Source: Nemertoderma westbladi
Lineage: Eukaryota; Animalia; Xenacoelomorpha
DNA length: 64,000 bases
Assembly (NCBI GenBank): GCA_032718475.1
Contig: JAUCBJ010001142.1
Coordinates: 62,001 to 126,000 of the forward strand
Direction: 5' to 3'
Below the pieces are notes generated by a model. It made no database searches. It had not been told where the DNA came from and saw only the letters and a list, made by a program, of their open reading frames with translations. The position numbers and the translations under genes are program-made. Below, piece after piece: positions 12,564 through 25,520 of the stretch; the stretch's first letter is position 1, and each line of letters begins with the position of its first letter.

Positions 12564-15154
12564 TAGGGTTCGATCAGTGCACCGGCACCGGCACCGGTAT
12601 TGCCGGTGTTTGGCACCACCGGCACCGGCACCTGCACCGGCAAAAACATTGCCGGTGCCGGTGTTTTTTAAAATGATTGGCTGCTGTTAAAATTGAAGCC
12701 TACTGCAGTACCGGTACTGCAGACAGCCTGGCTAAGCTATCAGTCAGCTACAAGGCAGCAATGCTATAGCTGTTTGACTGTCTGTCTACTGGTCTAGCAG
12801 TCTAGTGACTTGACTAGTGGTAGGGTAGCCCAGAATCATAACGCCTTACTTAGTGTAAAACTGATACACTATGTTATTTCTGTACCGTATTTTATGTAAT
12901 ATATAAATACTCTAGGCCTACTGTAACTGTACACATATAATTTTAATGCAATCGTTTTATTTAAACTTTTATATTCATTTTATTGTAAATCTAAACCATT
13001 TTATATAAATGCGTGACATCATAATTTTACAGTATTGTAGAATTGTACGTACTTGTTGCTCTGCTGCTGTACCCGTGTGCTGGACAGCTGGGTTAAGCTA
13101 TTACAACTGTACAATATTAATTCAGAAATTGATCAGTCAGTACATAGTCGGCCAGCTACTGAGCTACTGTACCTTCTGTCAATCTGTGACTGTGGTACTT
13201 TACTGCATCACTGCCTCAAACACACGAAGACATACTCCTAGCTAGGCACATATACCAGGTTGGAATTCATGCATGAGCGCGCAGGTACGCTTTGTTGTTT
13301 TGAAATCACCGCGCACCTGAAATTGGCTCGTCGCGCACCTCATCATATGTCATAATCCAAACAAAATCGCGCAGCTCATGTCATGCATATCTCAAAAAAT
13401 CGCACAGTTCATAAGAACAATTTTACATTCCTATTTTACAAGTTTGAGCGTTTTAAGCTTATCTTTACGTCTGTCTGTCTGTACGTTGAATCTAGGCTTA
13501 CATAATAAATGTAATTTTTGCAACATCAAAATTGTTAATATTAAAAAATATTTTTTTAATCCACTACTATGGTGGCCCATCGGGCTCACTGCTTTTATAA
13601 CAGAAAATATTATTTTAGATTACAAACAAAACATGTACCGGTAATTTCAAAAAAACGAATATTGAAATAGGTACCAGTCTGCCAATAATACTTTGTATAG
13701 GCCTACCTAACAATTAGGCTTAAACATACAGTTGGCTTATAATTAAGTCATACTTATAATACATTGTTACTTTCTGACTTTACCTGTTTACTAATGTAAC
13801 ATCGGCATAGCATAGACCTAATAACAATACAACAATAGAGTACTGTAGTTAAAATAAATAGACAAATTCAGCTCCGGTTGCCGGTATTACAGTATTATGG
13901 TGAAGTGATTTGACTGTTTGAAGAATTGGAAATGAGAAACTAATGCGAGCGCAGTGAGCGAAATTTTTTTGTGTATTTTCGTGATTTCAATTAATTTGTG
14001 GTGCGCATCAGAGGCAGAACTGCGCGCTGAGGCGCAACGCGCACCTGTCTCACACCCGAACGCGCACCTGTCTCACCCAAACGCGCATCTGGTTTGCGGT
14101 CATTCGCGCAGGTACGCGTCCGAGTTTTGCAGCATGAATTCCAACCTGGCACATATACGGTTGTGGTTTAGAAAATCTACGCGCCGCAACCATAAAACAA
14201 TTCACAAACATACCCGAACTACTAGCGACGGAAGCTAACCTAATCTATACATACAACCCCCCACTTAACGTAGCAAGACCAGCAATCTAAACCCAATGTT
14301 TTATATAATACATTCTATATCTTACACAACTACGGTGCCCTCTATAGCGAATTTCCGGGGTTTTATGTGCTTTTCCCCTACCTTCCTTTTTGTTTTTGTC
14401 TTGGTTTTTTCTGTTTCTTGTGATTTCTTACTCTGTAAAAATTACAGCTATCATTATGTTGCATTCTACCTAACCGTGCGCTCTAAGTAGATACCTCATA
14501 ATCCTATGTAACCTACCTAATCCAATTATACCATTCAGTATGTAGACACATGACCATTCCTGGGATTTCCCTATCAACTTCTCCCAACCTTATAACCCAA
14601 CCTGCAACCCTATATTTGTACTTTAGATTGACAGCTTACAACTAACTCGCTGTACTTTCCCTATCACAATTACCTTACGTTATACAGTACATACATATAC
14701 GTTAACCTTTCTGGGATTCACCTATCAGGTATTCCCCTTTAAAACTTAGATATATATATATATAGACCCCTACCTTTTCCTGTTAGTTGCCAGTACATAG
14801 TCTGATGCAGACCGGTAGGCGGTAGGTCGAAAACGTTTACTTTTGTATCTTTATCTAATATAATATAACCAGCTAAAGACCCTCAATACTTTATTTTTTT
14901 ATCATCTTTACACTATGCCTCATTTCTGCATTTCATTAGGTGACAGGGTTAGGCTGTTAGGTGTGCCTGTGCGTGTGGCCTAATGTAATAGACATAGATT
15001 ACACAAAAATTTATATTATTTCGTTTTCAAATAGAATTACGCCAAATTTGCCCAACATTTAAAAACACCGGCACCGGCACCTGCACCGGCATTTACAATG
15101 TGACACCGGCACCGGCACCGGCACCGGCAAAATTTTGGCACCGATCGAACCCTA
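12564..15154. mobile_element. Non-autonomous hAT-type element B nested in A
   Basis: TIR TAGGGTTCGATCAGTGC / GCACCGATCGAACCCTA, subterminal ACCGGC repeats, 8-bp TSD GCCGTAAG (12556-12563 and 15155-15162). Confidence 0.92.
13255..14149. mobile_element. Non-autonomous hAT-type element C nested in B
   Basis: TIR CCAGGTTGGAATTCATGC / GCATGAATTCCAACCTGG, subterminal CGCGCACCT repeats, TSD CACATATA (or 10-bp GCACATATAC if the TIR starts at CAGG). Confidence 0.9.
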
Positions 15155-16493
15155 GCCGTAAGTGTACAAGAACTGCAGTACAGTATGCTGGCATGGCAGC
15201 AGTAAATGGCTGCAGTGGTCAGGTGGTAGGGCCTACAGTCAGACAGTGTACAATCATAGCATTTACAATTTTTTACAGTAGTGCCTACCTGTCTGCCTGT
15301 CTGCCTGTAATAGTCTGCTAGTCAGCCAGCTGGCCAGGTACCAGTAGGCCTACTGCAGTAGTCAGTCAGTCATTGACTTTTAAGTAAATACTGCAGTATT
15401 ATGCTTGATATTGAAGCTGTACTGCAGTACTTATAGTGTAAATAATTATCAGATTAGAATATGCACGAAATATAATACTTTATTAAAAAATTAACTCCGG
15501 CAATATTTTTACCGGAGCCGGAGCAGGAGCCGGAGGTGCCAAAATGGCCGGAGCCGGAGCTCCGATCGAGCCCTACTAATTAAGTTATTGTCTCATGCTG
15601 GGGATATACATACATTCACTAACCACAGTAAGGTCTCAGGAATTCTTAGCCCGTGAGTATTCTTAGCCTGCGAGTATCTGAGTATTCTTGGCCCTTGGGC
15701 AGTTGGGTATTCTTAGCCCGCAAAACAATAACGTTTATTGTTTTGGTTCCCCCAATACTCCTCTGAAACGTAGTAGTACTCACTTAGTACAACGATGGAC
15801 AGATTGATTAGTCTTACTGCTGTACTGTCTTCTGGTCTTAGCTCAATCAGTCAATGTAATACTTGGAATATTTAGCAAAGTTTGCTCCGGGCTTCTGCAG
15901 TATCAATCAGTCAATTGCAGAAGCCGAACCGAACCGAAATTGCCAAACTTCGGCCCGAACCGAACCCGAAGCTTCTTCTGTTAAGCCCTAATTCAGATAT
16001 TGTAGTGGGAAATTTAAATTTATTATCATAATAATATGACATGACATAGCCAGATGCCAGGCAGGCTGGACATACTGACATAGCCTATGAGAGGGCAGCA
16101 GGCATGGTAGGGGTAGCCCGGCAGCCCGGGCACTCAACAGCAATGGCTGTCTGCTGGATGTTGTACCGGTCAGCCGGTAGCGGTAGTATGGCTATATGGA
16201 TGGATACGCTAATGCCTAACACCAGTCTGTCAGTACAGCAGTAGACAGACAGGTGACAGGTACCGTCAGACCGTAGGTACCATAGACAGTCCAGCAGTCC
16301 GAATGGCGGCTGCAGTTTCCATGTGTAAGCAGGTAAGCACCTGCCTACTGCATACTGCTGTACTGGCCTAGGCCTTTCAGCCTTTACTGCTTAAGTTCAC
16401 TGCATAGGCTGATAGGCCTACTGCTTGTCAGCTCTGTACAGTATGCTGGCATGACAGCAGTAAATGGCTGCAGTGTGTGGTACAGTGTACAAT

Positions 16494-18355
16494 CAGTCGG
16501 TGAGAAGTCAAAAATTGGACTTGAGTCCAAAATTGGACTTCGACTCCAGTTCAAGTCCAAAATGGGACTTCTGTGAGTCCAATAGGCCTATTGGACTTCA
16601 AATCAGCCAATTGTTCCAGGGCCTTGGGTAATTGGATCGGGCGGGATTTTTTTTCTTTAATCGAAAATATATCAAAAAATAAGAGTTTTTAACAGGGGGA
16701 CCTGAAATTCACCAGGGGGAACTTTTTTATAAGGCTTTGAATTTTTACAAAAGTCCAATATTGGACTTTAAGTCCAATTTTGGACGTGACATTGAGAATC
16801 GAACTTAAAGGTACATGAATGAAGCATGACAGATGAGAGACAGCCAGACAGCTGTTAAGTTATGGAAAGTTACCTTTGCAGCTCTGTATGTATCTTCAGT
16901 GTAATGTAATGACTGTACTGTCAGACTGTACTTAGAATATAATGGTACATTCTAGCATTCTAGGTACTCTATGTACCCAGGACTTTATAGTGTCTTTAGG
17001 ACTAGATTAGATTATGCTCCAACAAATATTTAATTACAAATTATATTTGGTGGATACTGGCAGCAATGCCAGGTTAGCCAACTGCATCTGCTGCTAAGGC
17101 TAACTACAGTAGGCCCTACAAGCTACGATTTCATCTAAGGCAGTAAGGCTATGGGAGCCCTATCAGAAAGAAATACTACAAGTTGATGCTACCACCATCT
17201 CTTCTAATTTTTCCATACAACAGGAAGGGTATTATAAAACGGCTGGATAACAGGATAATGAAATGGGATTAGTAACTGATTAATGTGTTTGGGTCTCCAC
17301 ATAATAAGTACAGAAGTAACAAGTAACACACGTCTTAATCATAAACCAATTGAGGGAAAGGAACAGGTTACAGATGCAGGCTTTTCTAACTAAAACAATA
17401 AATGGCCACTTTTGACTTTACCAATTGAAGGAGCCCTATAACCTCACCACATACTACTACTACAATCGGCATGATTCATTGCAAATGGATTATATATATA
17501 GGCCCTATTATGTATTAAGAATGCTGTGCTGGCTTGTTGACAAAAGTGCACCTCCACAACTCCCTTACACCTTATCACCCATGACATTTGCTAGATCATC
17601 CGCATCTTCAAGGCCAGTGTCCTTTAAGACAGTAAGAAAGATGCGTCTCAAGAAAGTTATGGGCTGTCCACCATGCTTATTCACTCCATGAGGTGCACTG
17701 GCTGGTCCTCACGGCTTAAAGCGATGTCCTGCAAAGCGGAGGCGGCTTTGTTCTAGTGTCAAGCTTGGGGGAACCAATGACTGAATGAGACACCTCCAAC
17801 TCCAATGTTATATAGTGTTTGGTTGGAGATGCAGAGATGTGTGCATTGTACTTGACACAGTGAACCTAATCAAAACAATTAGTCAATAAACATTAACTCA
17901 ATAACATAATAGGTTACAGTTTACAGCAGTCTTATTTTTGCCATACGAAAATACCACAGGTATGGCAGTATGGGTATGAATGACAATGAACTATACAGCT
18001 ATAACTCCACTACGCTCAGACGCTACCGCGGTATACACCGCTAAGGCAGTAAGGCTACCGCAAAGCTATACCACTACCGCAAAAAGTAACTACTGATGTC
18101 TGACTGTATGTGTGCGATCCCTGTTTATAATATGTATAATAATTAATTTGATCATTAAAATAATGTTGGATTGTAATTATGTAATATATATGTACTGATA
18201 CGGGATGCAGTTTTGATTTAAATACCGATATACAGTATGGCAGCATGGGTACACTTGGAGTTGTACTAAAGTCCAATATTGGACTTTGGAGTCCAAAATT
18301 GGACTTGAAGTCTAAAATTGGACTTGAAGTCCAATTTTTGACTTCTCACCGACTG
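16494..18355. mobile_element. Non-autonomous TIR element E (hAT-like, CAGT end) carrying an RTE 3' fragment
   Basis: TIR CAGTCGGTGAGAAGTCAAAAATTGGACTT with an exact inverted copy ending at 18355. TTGGACTT/AGTCCAA subterminal repeats. Flanks are TGTACAAT on the left and ACAA+TGTACAAT on the right. Confidence 0.85.
17520..17870 (-). mobile_element. RTE LINE 3' fragment, same family as 2210-2545
   Basis: ATCACCCATGACATTTGCTAGATCATCCGCATCTTCAAGGCCAGTGTCCTTTAAGA and the following blocks are shared with 2265-2545. Confidence 0.88.
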
Positions 18356-18983
18356 ACAATGTACAATCATAGCATTTACAATTTTTTACAGTCTTCCAGT
18401 AGGGCCTATCTGTAATAGTCTGTTAGTTAGCCAGCTGGCCAGTGCCAGTACTGCAGTACAGTCATTGACTTTAAGTAAATACTGCAGTGCAGTTATTATG
18501 CTTGATATTGAAGCTGTACTACAGTACTACTTATAGTGTAAATAATTGTTCAGATTAGAATATGCACGAAATATAATACTTTATTAAAAAATTAACTCAG
18601 GCAATATTTTTACCGGAGCCGGAGCAGGAGCCGGAGGTGCCAAAATGGCCGGAGCCGGAGCCGGAGGCCGGAGCTCCGATCGAGCCCTAGCCAAAGCTAA
18701 GGCAGGCAGGCTGGTCGCAGGTCAGTTAGGTACACGTACAATGGCCAAATCTGGCAATGATTGCTGGATTGTGATTGCCATATTTGGCAACCAAGCAAAA
18801 TCTGGCAACATTTCTGATTGCCTGATTTGGCAACTATATAAAGCCGTTGTTGCCATATTTGGCAACTTAACTAACTCATTGAATATGGCTTATATGGCAG
18901 TATGGCATATCTGCATATGGTTCTGCGTCATTAAGTCCTTCTATGGTCATTCCTTCAGTCCTTAGATCCTGAAATGTTAGGCC

Positions 18984-19299
18984 TGTGCGGGATGGGCGCG
19001 AATATAATATAAAAATCCAATAAGCTGTCAGCCGTATAGTGAGGCTAATAATACTCGGCTCAATAAAGTATGATAAAGAATATAAACGTCATATCACAGA
19101 GGCATCTGACATATATAGTGATAGTACCAGTATGGTAGCACATGCAGAATAAGGTCAGAAAGTCAGATAACACCGACAACAGAATAAGACCGGTATCGTA
19201 ATACAGTAATACTGTAATAATATGCATAGTCAGTATCAGTGCCTCAATAAAGTTAGGTCCATCCAACACGACACCTGTGTGGAAATAATTCCACACACA
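18984..19299 (-). repeat. 3' LTR of the BEL/Pao element
   Basis: Direct repeat of 25034-25349. Confidence 0.95.
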
Positions 19300-19324
19300 C
19301 CCCCACGTCGCGACAAACATAAAG

Positions 19325-22300
19325 CTAGTCGCGAAATCTTGAAGGACGCCGCACAACACGACCAAAGGAGTTTATTTGTTCATCAGTAACGGATGTTGAG
19401 TGGTTGTTAATGGGTGCAGCATCATGGACGGTAGAGGCACAATTGGATGACACATTCGATGTAGAAGCACCCCCACGATGAGGGCTGGGATCATTTACAC
19501 CCCCACGGTGCTCATGACCTGTAGTGTCACATTCCAGTGGCACTAATAAGTGTACAGCGCTAGTAGTCTTCTTACCACGGATACATAATTCCACAGAGCG
19601 CGCTTGGCCGTCACGGCTTGGTAATATCCGTAAAATGCGGGCCAAAGGCCACTTACCACGAGGTAAATGGCCACCTTTGAGGTTTGCGCGTCGGACAAGG
19701 ACAAGGTCTCCGGGTGAAGGAGATGATGTAGGGGGTGCACGAGGTGCAGTGCGCCATGTGCGGAGTGATGCAATATAATTTGATGACCATTGTTGCCATA
19801 GCAATCGTGAAAGTCGATCGCGACAAAGGTGTGCTTGATGAAGGCCAGAGTTATTAATTGCAGCGGGATCAAGGGTTGAATCATCAGATGGGGGGCATCC
19901 ATAAAGGAAGTGACTTGGTGTTAGTGCATTGAGGTCATTCGGGTCAGAAGATACTGCAGTTAGGGGTCGAAGGTTAGCCATGGCCTCAGCTTCAGCAATA
20001 ACTGTGACCAATTTCTCATATGTGAGTATTTGACTATGACACGTTATCTTGACAATTAACTTGACCAATCTCACTATCCGCTCCCACCAACCACCCCAAT
20101 GTGGTGAACGTACCGGAATAAAGGACCATGTGGTTGCATGAGATGGGAATTTCATTGAGGAAAGTTTCACAAAGGTCTTAGCGTTATCAGAGTAGAAATG
20201 TACGGATGTAAGTGGCCGAATCCGCCTAGCCAGGAAACGGCGAATGGCAAGGTGGGCCATGGGTGCAGACCCATCAGTGACAAGTTCGAGGTGAATGGCT
20301 CGGATGGTCGAACATGTGAAAAGAAGGCATTGGCATGGGGATCCATCGCTAATGTTGAGGGGTCCAAAAAAGTCTATACCAGTAGACTGAAATGGGATCA
20401 ATGCCTGGGTCCGAAATGAAGGCATTTTGGCCTCAGTGGTTTGATAAGGAACAGCACGATATCGTTTGCATGGAGGGCATGCATGGATAAGGCGACGGAC
20501 AAGAGAACGCCCATGAGGGATCCAATATTTGGAACGTACGAGAGCCAGTGTAGCCTCAGCCCCTTGGTGCATAAGACATGTATGGTACTCCATAATGATC
20601 AGGGATGCCAATGGACTTTGGCGAGGAATGATAGGACATGGAGGTTCGGAGGTACGTGGAACCATCATGATGATCCCATCAATCAATGTGGCATGGAGAC
20701 TCCACAGTTGTGACTGTGGTGCCACAGAGGTGTGAGTTTCCAGGAAACGAAGATCACTATCAAAATGGAACTGTTGCTCAATACGTATGATGAGGTGCAT
20801 TGAGGATTGTAACTCAGATTGAAGAAGAGAACCTATCTGAGGATTGTCACGATATCGGAGATTATGGATATAACGACGAACCCAAGCTAAAACACGAACT
20901 GGTGTTTGAAGTGAGGAATATGCCGAAAGGCAAAGAAGGTCCCACTTGGCAAGGGGTACTATCGGTTCGATAGTCAGTAGTTGTGGTGGAGGTTTAGGTT
21001 CAACAGGCCATGAAGACTCAGGCTGAATCAGAAACTCAGGACCATGAATATATGAATGATCAGCAAGTGATGACTTAGAGCAACCTCGTGATGGGATATC
21101 CGCTGGGTTGATAGTTGTTGGAACATATCGCCATTGATGGGGTTCCGTAGATTTAGCAATCTCGGCCAGTCGATTCGCATTAAACACATCCCGTTTGGGC
21201 ATACCCTTACGGATCCAGAAAAGGGTGCATTGGGAATCACTCCAGAGAATAGTCCGTCGAGGTATAAATAAGGCCTGATGAAGATGTCCACAAAAGCGAG
21301 CCCCAAGTACTGCTGCCATCAATTCCAGTCGTGGGACAGACAGTCCTTTATTGACAGGGGCTGCACGGGACTTACAGAAGTATAAGATGGGATATTGCTG
21401 TGGTTGTACAGTGTAGACAATAAATGCATATGCATAGGAAGATGCGTCACAGAAGATGTGTACATCTGTGTACTTACTGAGATTAATGCAGCGAGGGATG
21501 GATACTATAGCCTGCGCATCATCAACCCAGTTACGCCAGCGAAGCTGGAGGTCAGGAGAAAGTTTCTCATCCCAGTCTTTAGTATGAGCCCAAGAATTTT
21601 GGAGGATGATCCGGGCCACAAGAGTCCAAGGTGCCAGAATACCAAGAGGATCGAAAATGAGAGCGGAAGTCCGTAAAACCTCACGACGAGTAAAGTCCTT
21701 AGGGGCCGGTAAGTCTGTATTTATAGTTAATGTGTCATTGACATCATCCCATGGTACACCAAGAACTTTCTTGGGATGTGGAACAACCTGAAGCTCCATA
21801 CCAGCATCAGCAAGGATAGATATGGCTTGCTGAAGAAAGGTAGTAGACTTATGATGGTCAGAGTTACTATGAATGATATCATCACAATAAAGGCTGTCAA
21901 GAAGTGCCTTAATGAATGCCGGAGGTGCATTATCCTGAACATGCTGACGAATGGTAGAATGTAAGGCATATGGACTGGAGGTCAACCCAAAGGGAGTGAA
22001 TATAAATTGATAAATACGATCAGCCCAAATAAACTTGGTCCATTGACGGTCGTCTGAATGCAATTCCACCTGATGAAAGGCTGCTCTCACATCTGCTATC
22101 ACAACATACCGATATAGGCGGAAACGAAAGAGCACATCAGCAAGGGGAGCAAGGAGATTAGGCCCTGGATCAAGACACGAGTTCAAACTAAGGCCTGTTC
22201 TATCTTTAGCCGAACCATTAAAAACGACACGAGGTTTCCCATTATGAATAGCCAGGTGATGGGGAAGATAGAAACCTGTGTCTCATGGGGAGGGTGCTAG

Positions 22301-24793
22301 TTCAACTATACCATCTAACTGAAGCTTAGTCATTTTCCCACTATAGATTTCCAGATGGTTAGGAGAAAGATGAGTGAGGACTCGTTTTTGTAAAGGTGCA
22401 ACTTTGTTAAAGTTGCATGAGGGACGACGATGACCCAAAAATGGAAGACGTACCTGATAATGCGGAGGATTGTCCATGGAGCGAGTAGGGATTGGAAATG
22501 AGGGGGTATCAACATCGGGTTCCTTGATTCCTACTGCCTCCAAATCCCACAGTTTGGTAAGAGCGGAGAGATCACTGACTAACAGCATAGGGGAAGGAGA
22601 TCCCATGGATTGTTGTCCCTGATAAGGGCCACAAAATACACGACCAAAGAATGTTTCGATGACTATAGGGGCATTTGGAAAGGTTTGGGTAGGACCAGTA
22701 ACACTCCAGATATGATCAGCCCCAATAATTAATGCAATATCACGTTCACCACCATCAAATTGATCAGCCCAGTGAGTGAGATTAGCAACAGAAGGAGGAA
22801 AATTAGAAAGATACTCCTGACGCATTGTGGGACAGAGTCTGTCTGCAGTCCAGGCAGATATAGCCACAGGTTCATCAAAATACTGGCTATGGAGTTGGAG
22901 CTGGATAAGAGAACGCTCCTGTGTCATTATATGCCCATCAAAAGACCCAGTGGTCATGGTACGTGTCTGGATGCATGGTAAATTAATATCCTCAACCACG
23001 GATGACTTGATATAAGATCGCTTAGAGCCATCATCAAGATATACAAATATCCATGCTCCATCACCAGGAGGAGCACCTGGTGCAGAGATATAGGCCCGGG
23101 CAAGCTTGACGAAGACAGGACAGTCATGGGGGGACTGTTCTGGCATTACTTGGAGCACTGATAAGACTGAGTTATTGAAAGGGTTAGCGCCATTTCCATA
23201 TGTTGGCACATTAGTACTTGGAGTAAAGTTATTCAATGGAGTGTATGGCAGAGCATGAGCACTCGGTTGAGTATGAGCCAGAACACTAGACTGTGGCGCT
23301 TTAGAAGTGCTGCCGGGAATACCAGTAAGTGGGGATCCAGGTGGATCATTAATATTCAGCGCAGGCAGAGTAGGTCGGGATGGCTTAGAGGCCTTATGTT
23401 CCTTGAAACATATTAAAGAATTATGTCGCTTACCACAATGTTGGCAGCTATATTTGGAGGAACAATCCTTTGTCTGGTGGGTACCAAAACAGTTTGTACA
23501 ACAAAGTTTACATGACCTAACAAAGGAAAGACGTGCAGCAACAGATTTATTCATAAATATAGGGCAGTCACGGAAACGATGAAGGGGGCCTTTGCATGCA
23601 AGACAGGAAGGAGGTGCTGTTGATTCACCCACAGCCAGAGCTGCAGAGGTAGAACCACGAGAGGTGAATGAACGTCCATGGTTATAGTCTATTGACACTG
23701 AGCCATGTGGTATGCGAGTTGAAGTACTGGTACCACAAGAAGTGGCTGTAAATGCTACAGATTCCCGTGATTCAAGTTCCAAAGACACAAATTGAAGAAG
23801 ACTATCTAGGTCAAACCGTTTAGAAGCTTGACAGTTACGGTTCCATACCAGTACGATGTCTGGTGGAAGTTTCTGCAGCAATAGTGGAGCTAACAGTAAG
23901 GATGTCAGGTCTGTGGTAGAATTAGTGTTCGGGGATGAAGATGGTCCCATGGAGGGGGGTGGGCATGGGTGTGGATCTATTTCTGTAGAGAGATGGCGGA
24001 TCTCCCTAAGAGAACCCTCGAATGCATCCATGGTTCTACGAAATCCACGAATATCCTTGTCTTTAATAGGGGGTAGGGAACATAGGCGACTGGCATACAT
24101 TCCTATAAGAAGATGTGGATTTCCGAAACGGCGTTTCAGCAAAGAAATAGCGGCGCTATAATTTGAAGATGAAACTGAAAGACCATAGAGAGCATCTTTG
24201 GCCTCCCCCTGGTGGCAACTCTGCAGGTAGACAAACTTTTGCACATCTCCAAGTTGTGGGCGGTCATGGATTAGTGCACAAAACTGGTCCCAAAAGGGGC
24301 GCCAGGAAAGATAGTCCCCATTGAAAGTAGGGACAGTGATTCTAGGAAGACCCTTGGTAGAATCTTCTATAGCAGGTATGGTTGTCCCAGAACAGGAACC
24401 AGAATCCGCATGGAATGGGGGTCCAGGAGCTGGCACCCTACTGTCCACACGTGAAAGTAATCGTTTGGTTTTAAAAATTATTTGATCCAAATCACGGTCG
24501 TAATTGGAAGGGGAGGGTTCAGAATACCCCAATTCAATAAGTTCAGAGTCAATTTTATTTAGTAACTGGCGTTGACGGTCTGCCAGTTCAACAAGATAAG
24601 CTAGGTCATCAGCATTAATATTTTTTTCATCTGTACTACGGCAAACTTCTAATTGTCTGATTAGGGATGTAGCCTGAAAACGGCCAGACTCACGTTGATG
24701 TTTCAGGGCTTCAATACGCCCATCGATGTCCTCCTGGAATACATCAACATCACTGGAATCTCTATTGGGTGATGTAGGCCTGCTTATTGACAT
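19325..24793 (-). pseudogene. BEL/Pao gag-pol polyprotein with one in-frame TGA at 22283-22285
   Basis: ORFs 22283..24793 and 19325..22186 are in the same frame. Reading through gives LAPSP*DTGFYLPHHLAIHNGKPRVVFNGS. Motifs: DUF1759-like gag FNGDYLSWRPFWDQF, three Cys/His knuckles, protease YLDDGS, RT LYCDD, RNase H IFCDASS..PRLELMAA, integrase HHCC and GIDFFGP..SDNA..WWERIV. Confidence 0.93.
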
Positions 24794-25017
24794 ACTGGTA
24801 CTTTATTACAGTCAGACAGTAGAAGGCAAATGTGGGTATTCAGTTTATTGTTCAGTTCAGTGTAAATGAGTAGGAAAGCCGCGTTCTGCATTGACGTTTG
24901 TGTAGACGACGTTCTTGTAGGCCTATTACGGCTGTGGTACCGGTACAGCATTACTTTATATGCAGATATGAGGCTACCGGTACCCGCTGACCGGTATTAG
25001 TTAAATCCCACCTGGTG

Positions 25018-25033
25018 AATCCGGTTCGAAGAA
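25018..25033 (-). other. Primer-binding-site-like sequence (tRNA-Tyr type) lacking the leading TGG
   Basis: The minus strand right after the 5' LTR reads TTCTTCGAACCGGATT, versus TGGTCCTTCGAGCCGGATT expected for the eukaryotic tRNA-Tyr 3' end. Confidence 0.6.
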
Positions 25034-25349
25034 TGTGCGGGATGGGCGCGAATATAATATAAAAATCCAATAAGCTGTCAGCCGTATAGTGAGGCTAATA
25101 ATAATCGGCTCAATAAAGTATGATAAAGAATATAAACGTCATATCACAGAGGCATCTGACATATATAGTGATAGTACCGGTATGGTAGCACATGCAGAAT
25201 AAGGTCAGAAAGTCAGATAACACCGACAACAGAATAAGACCGGTATCGTAATACAGTAATACTGTAATAATATGCATAGTCAGTATCAGTGCCTCAATAA
25301 AGTTAGGTCCATCCAACACGACACCTGTGTGGAAATAATTCCACACACA
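25034..25349 (-). repeat. 5' LTR of the BEL/Pao element
   Basis: Direct repeat of 18984-19299. Confidence 0.95.
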
Positions 25350-25520
25350 AGGCCTAAGGAGTAGGGTAGTATAGGTAGGCCTACGTGGATGGATAGGCTA
25401 CGTAACGCAGTACGCACATACATACATATGTGGAAAGGTTTAACCCGCTGCTTGATTAAAATTTCTTACTGCATTACCGGTAGGCAGGGCAGGTAGCGAG
25501 GTAGGCCTACACTGCGGTAC

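Larger units (their letters stand above)
12226..15575. mobile_element. Non-autonomous hAT-type element A (outer element of the nest)
   Basis: TIR TAGGGCTCGATCGGAG / CTCCGATCGAGCCCTA, subterminal GCCGGA repeats, perfect 8-bp TSD CTAATTAA (12218-12225 and 15576-15583). Confidence 0.92.
16435..18689. mobile_element. Right part of a second family-A element (left TIR not found), interrupted by element E
   Basis: 16435-16490 and 18360-18689 align with 15175-15575 and end in CTCCGATCGAGCCCTA. Confidence 0.8.
18984..25349 (-). mobile_element. Full-length BEL/Pao LTR retrotransposon
   Basis: 316-bp TG..CA LTRs (18984-19299 and 25034-25349; 2 mismatches seen), 5-bp TSD AGGCC, short G-rich PPT next to the 3' LTR, and gag-PR-RT-RH-IN domain order. 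Confidence 0.97.

Noticed and set aside
19060-19365. Hydrophobic ORFs in the LTRs (also 25110..25346) as env-like genes
   Set aside because: They lie in the duplicated LTR sequence and have no recognisable domain.
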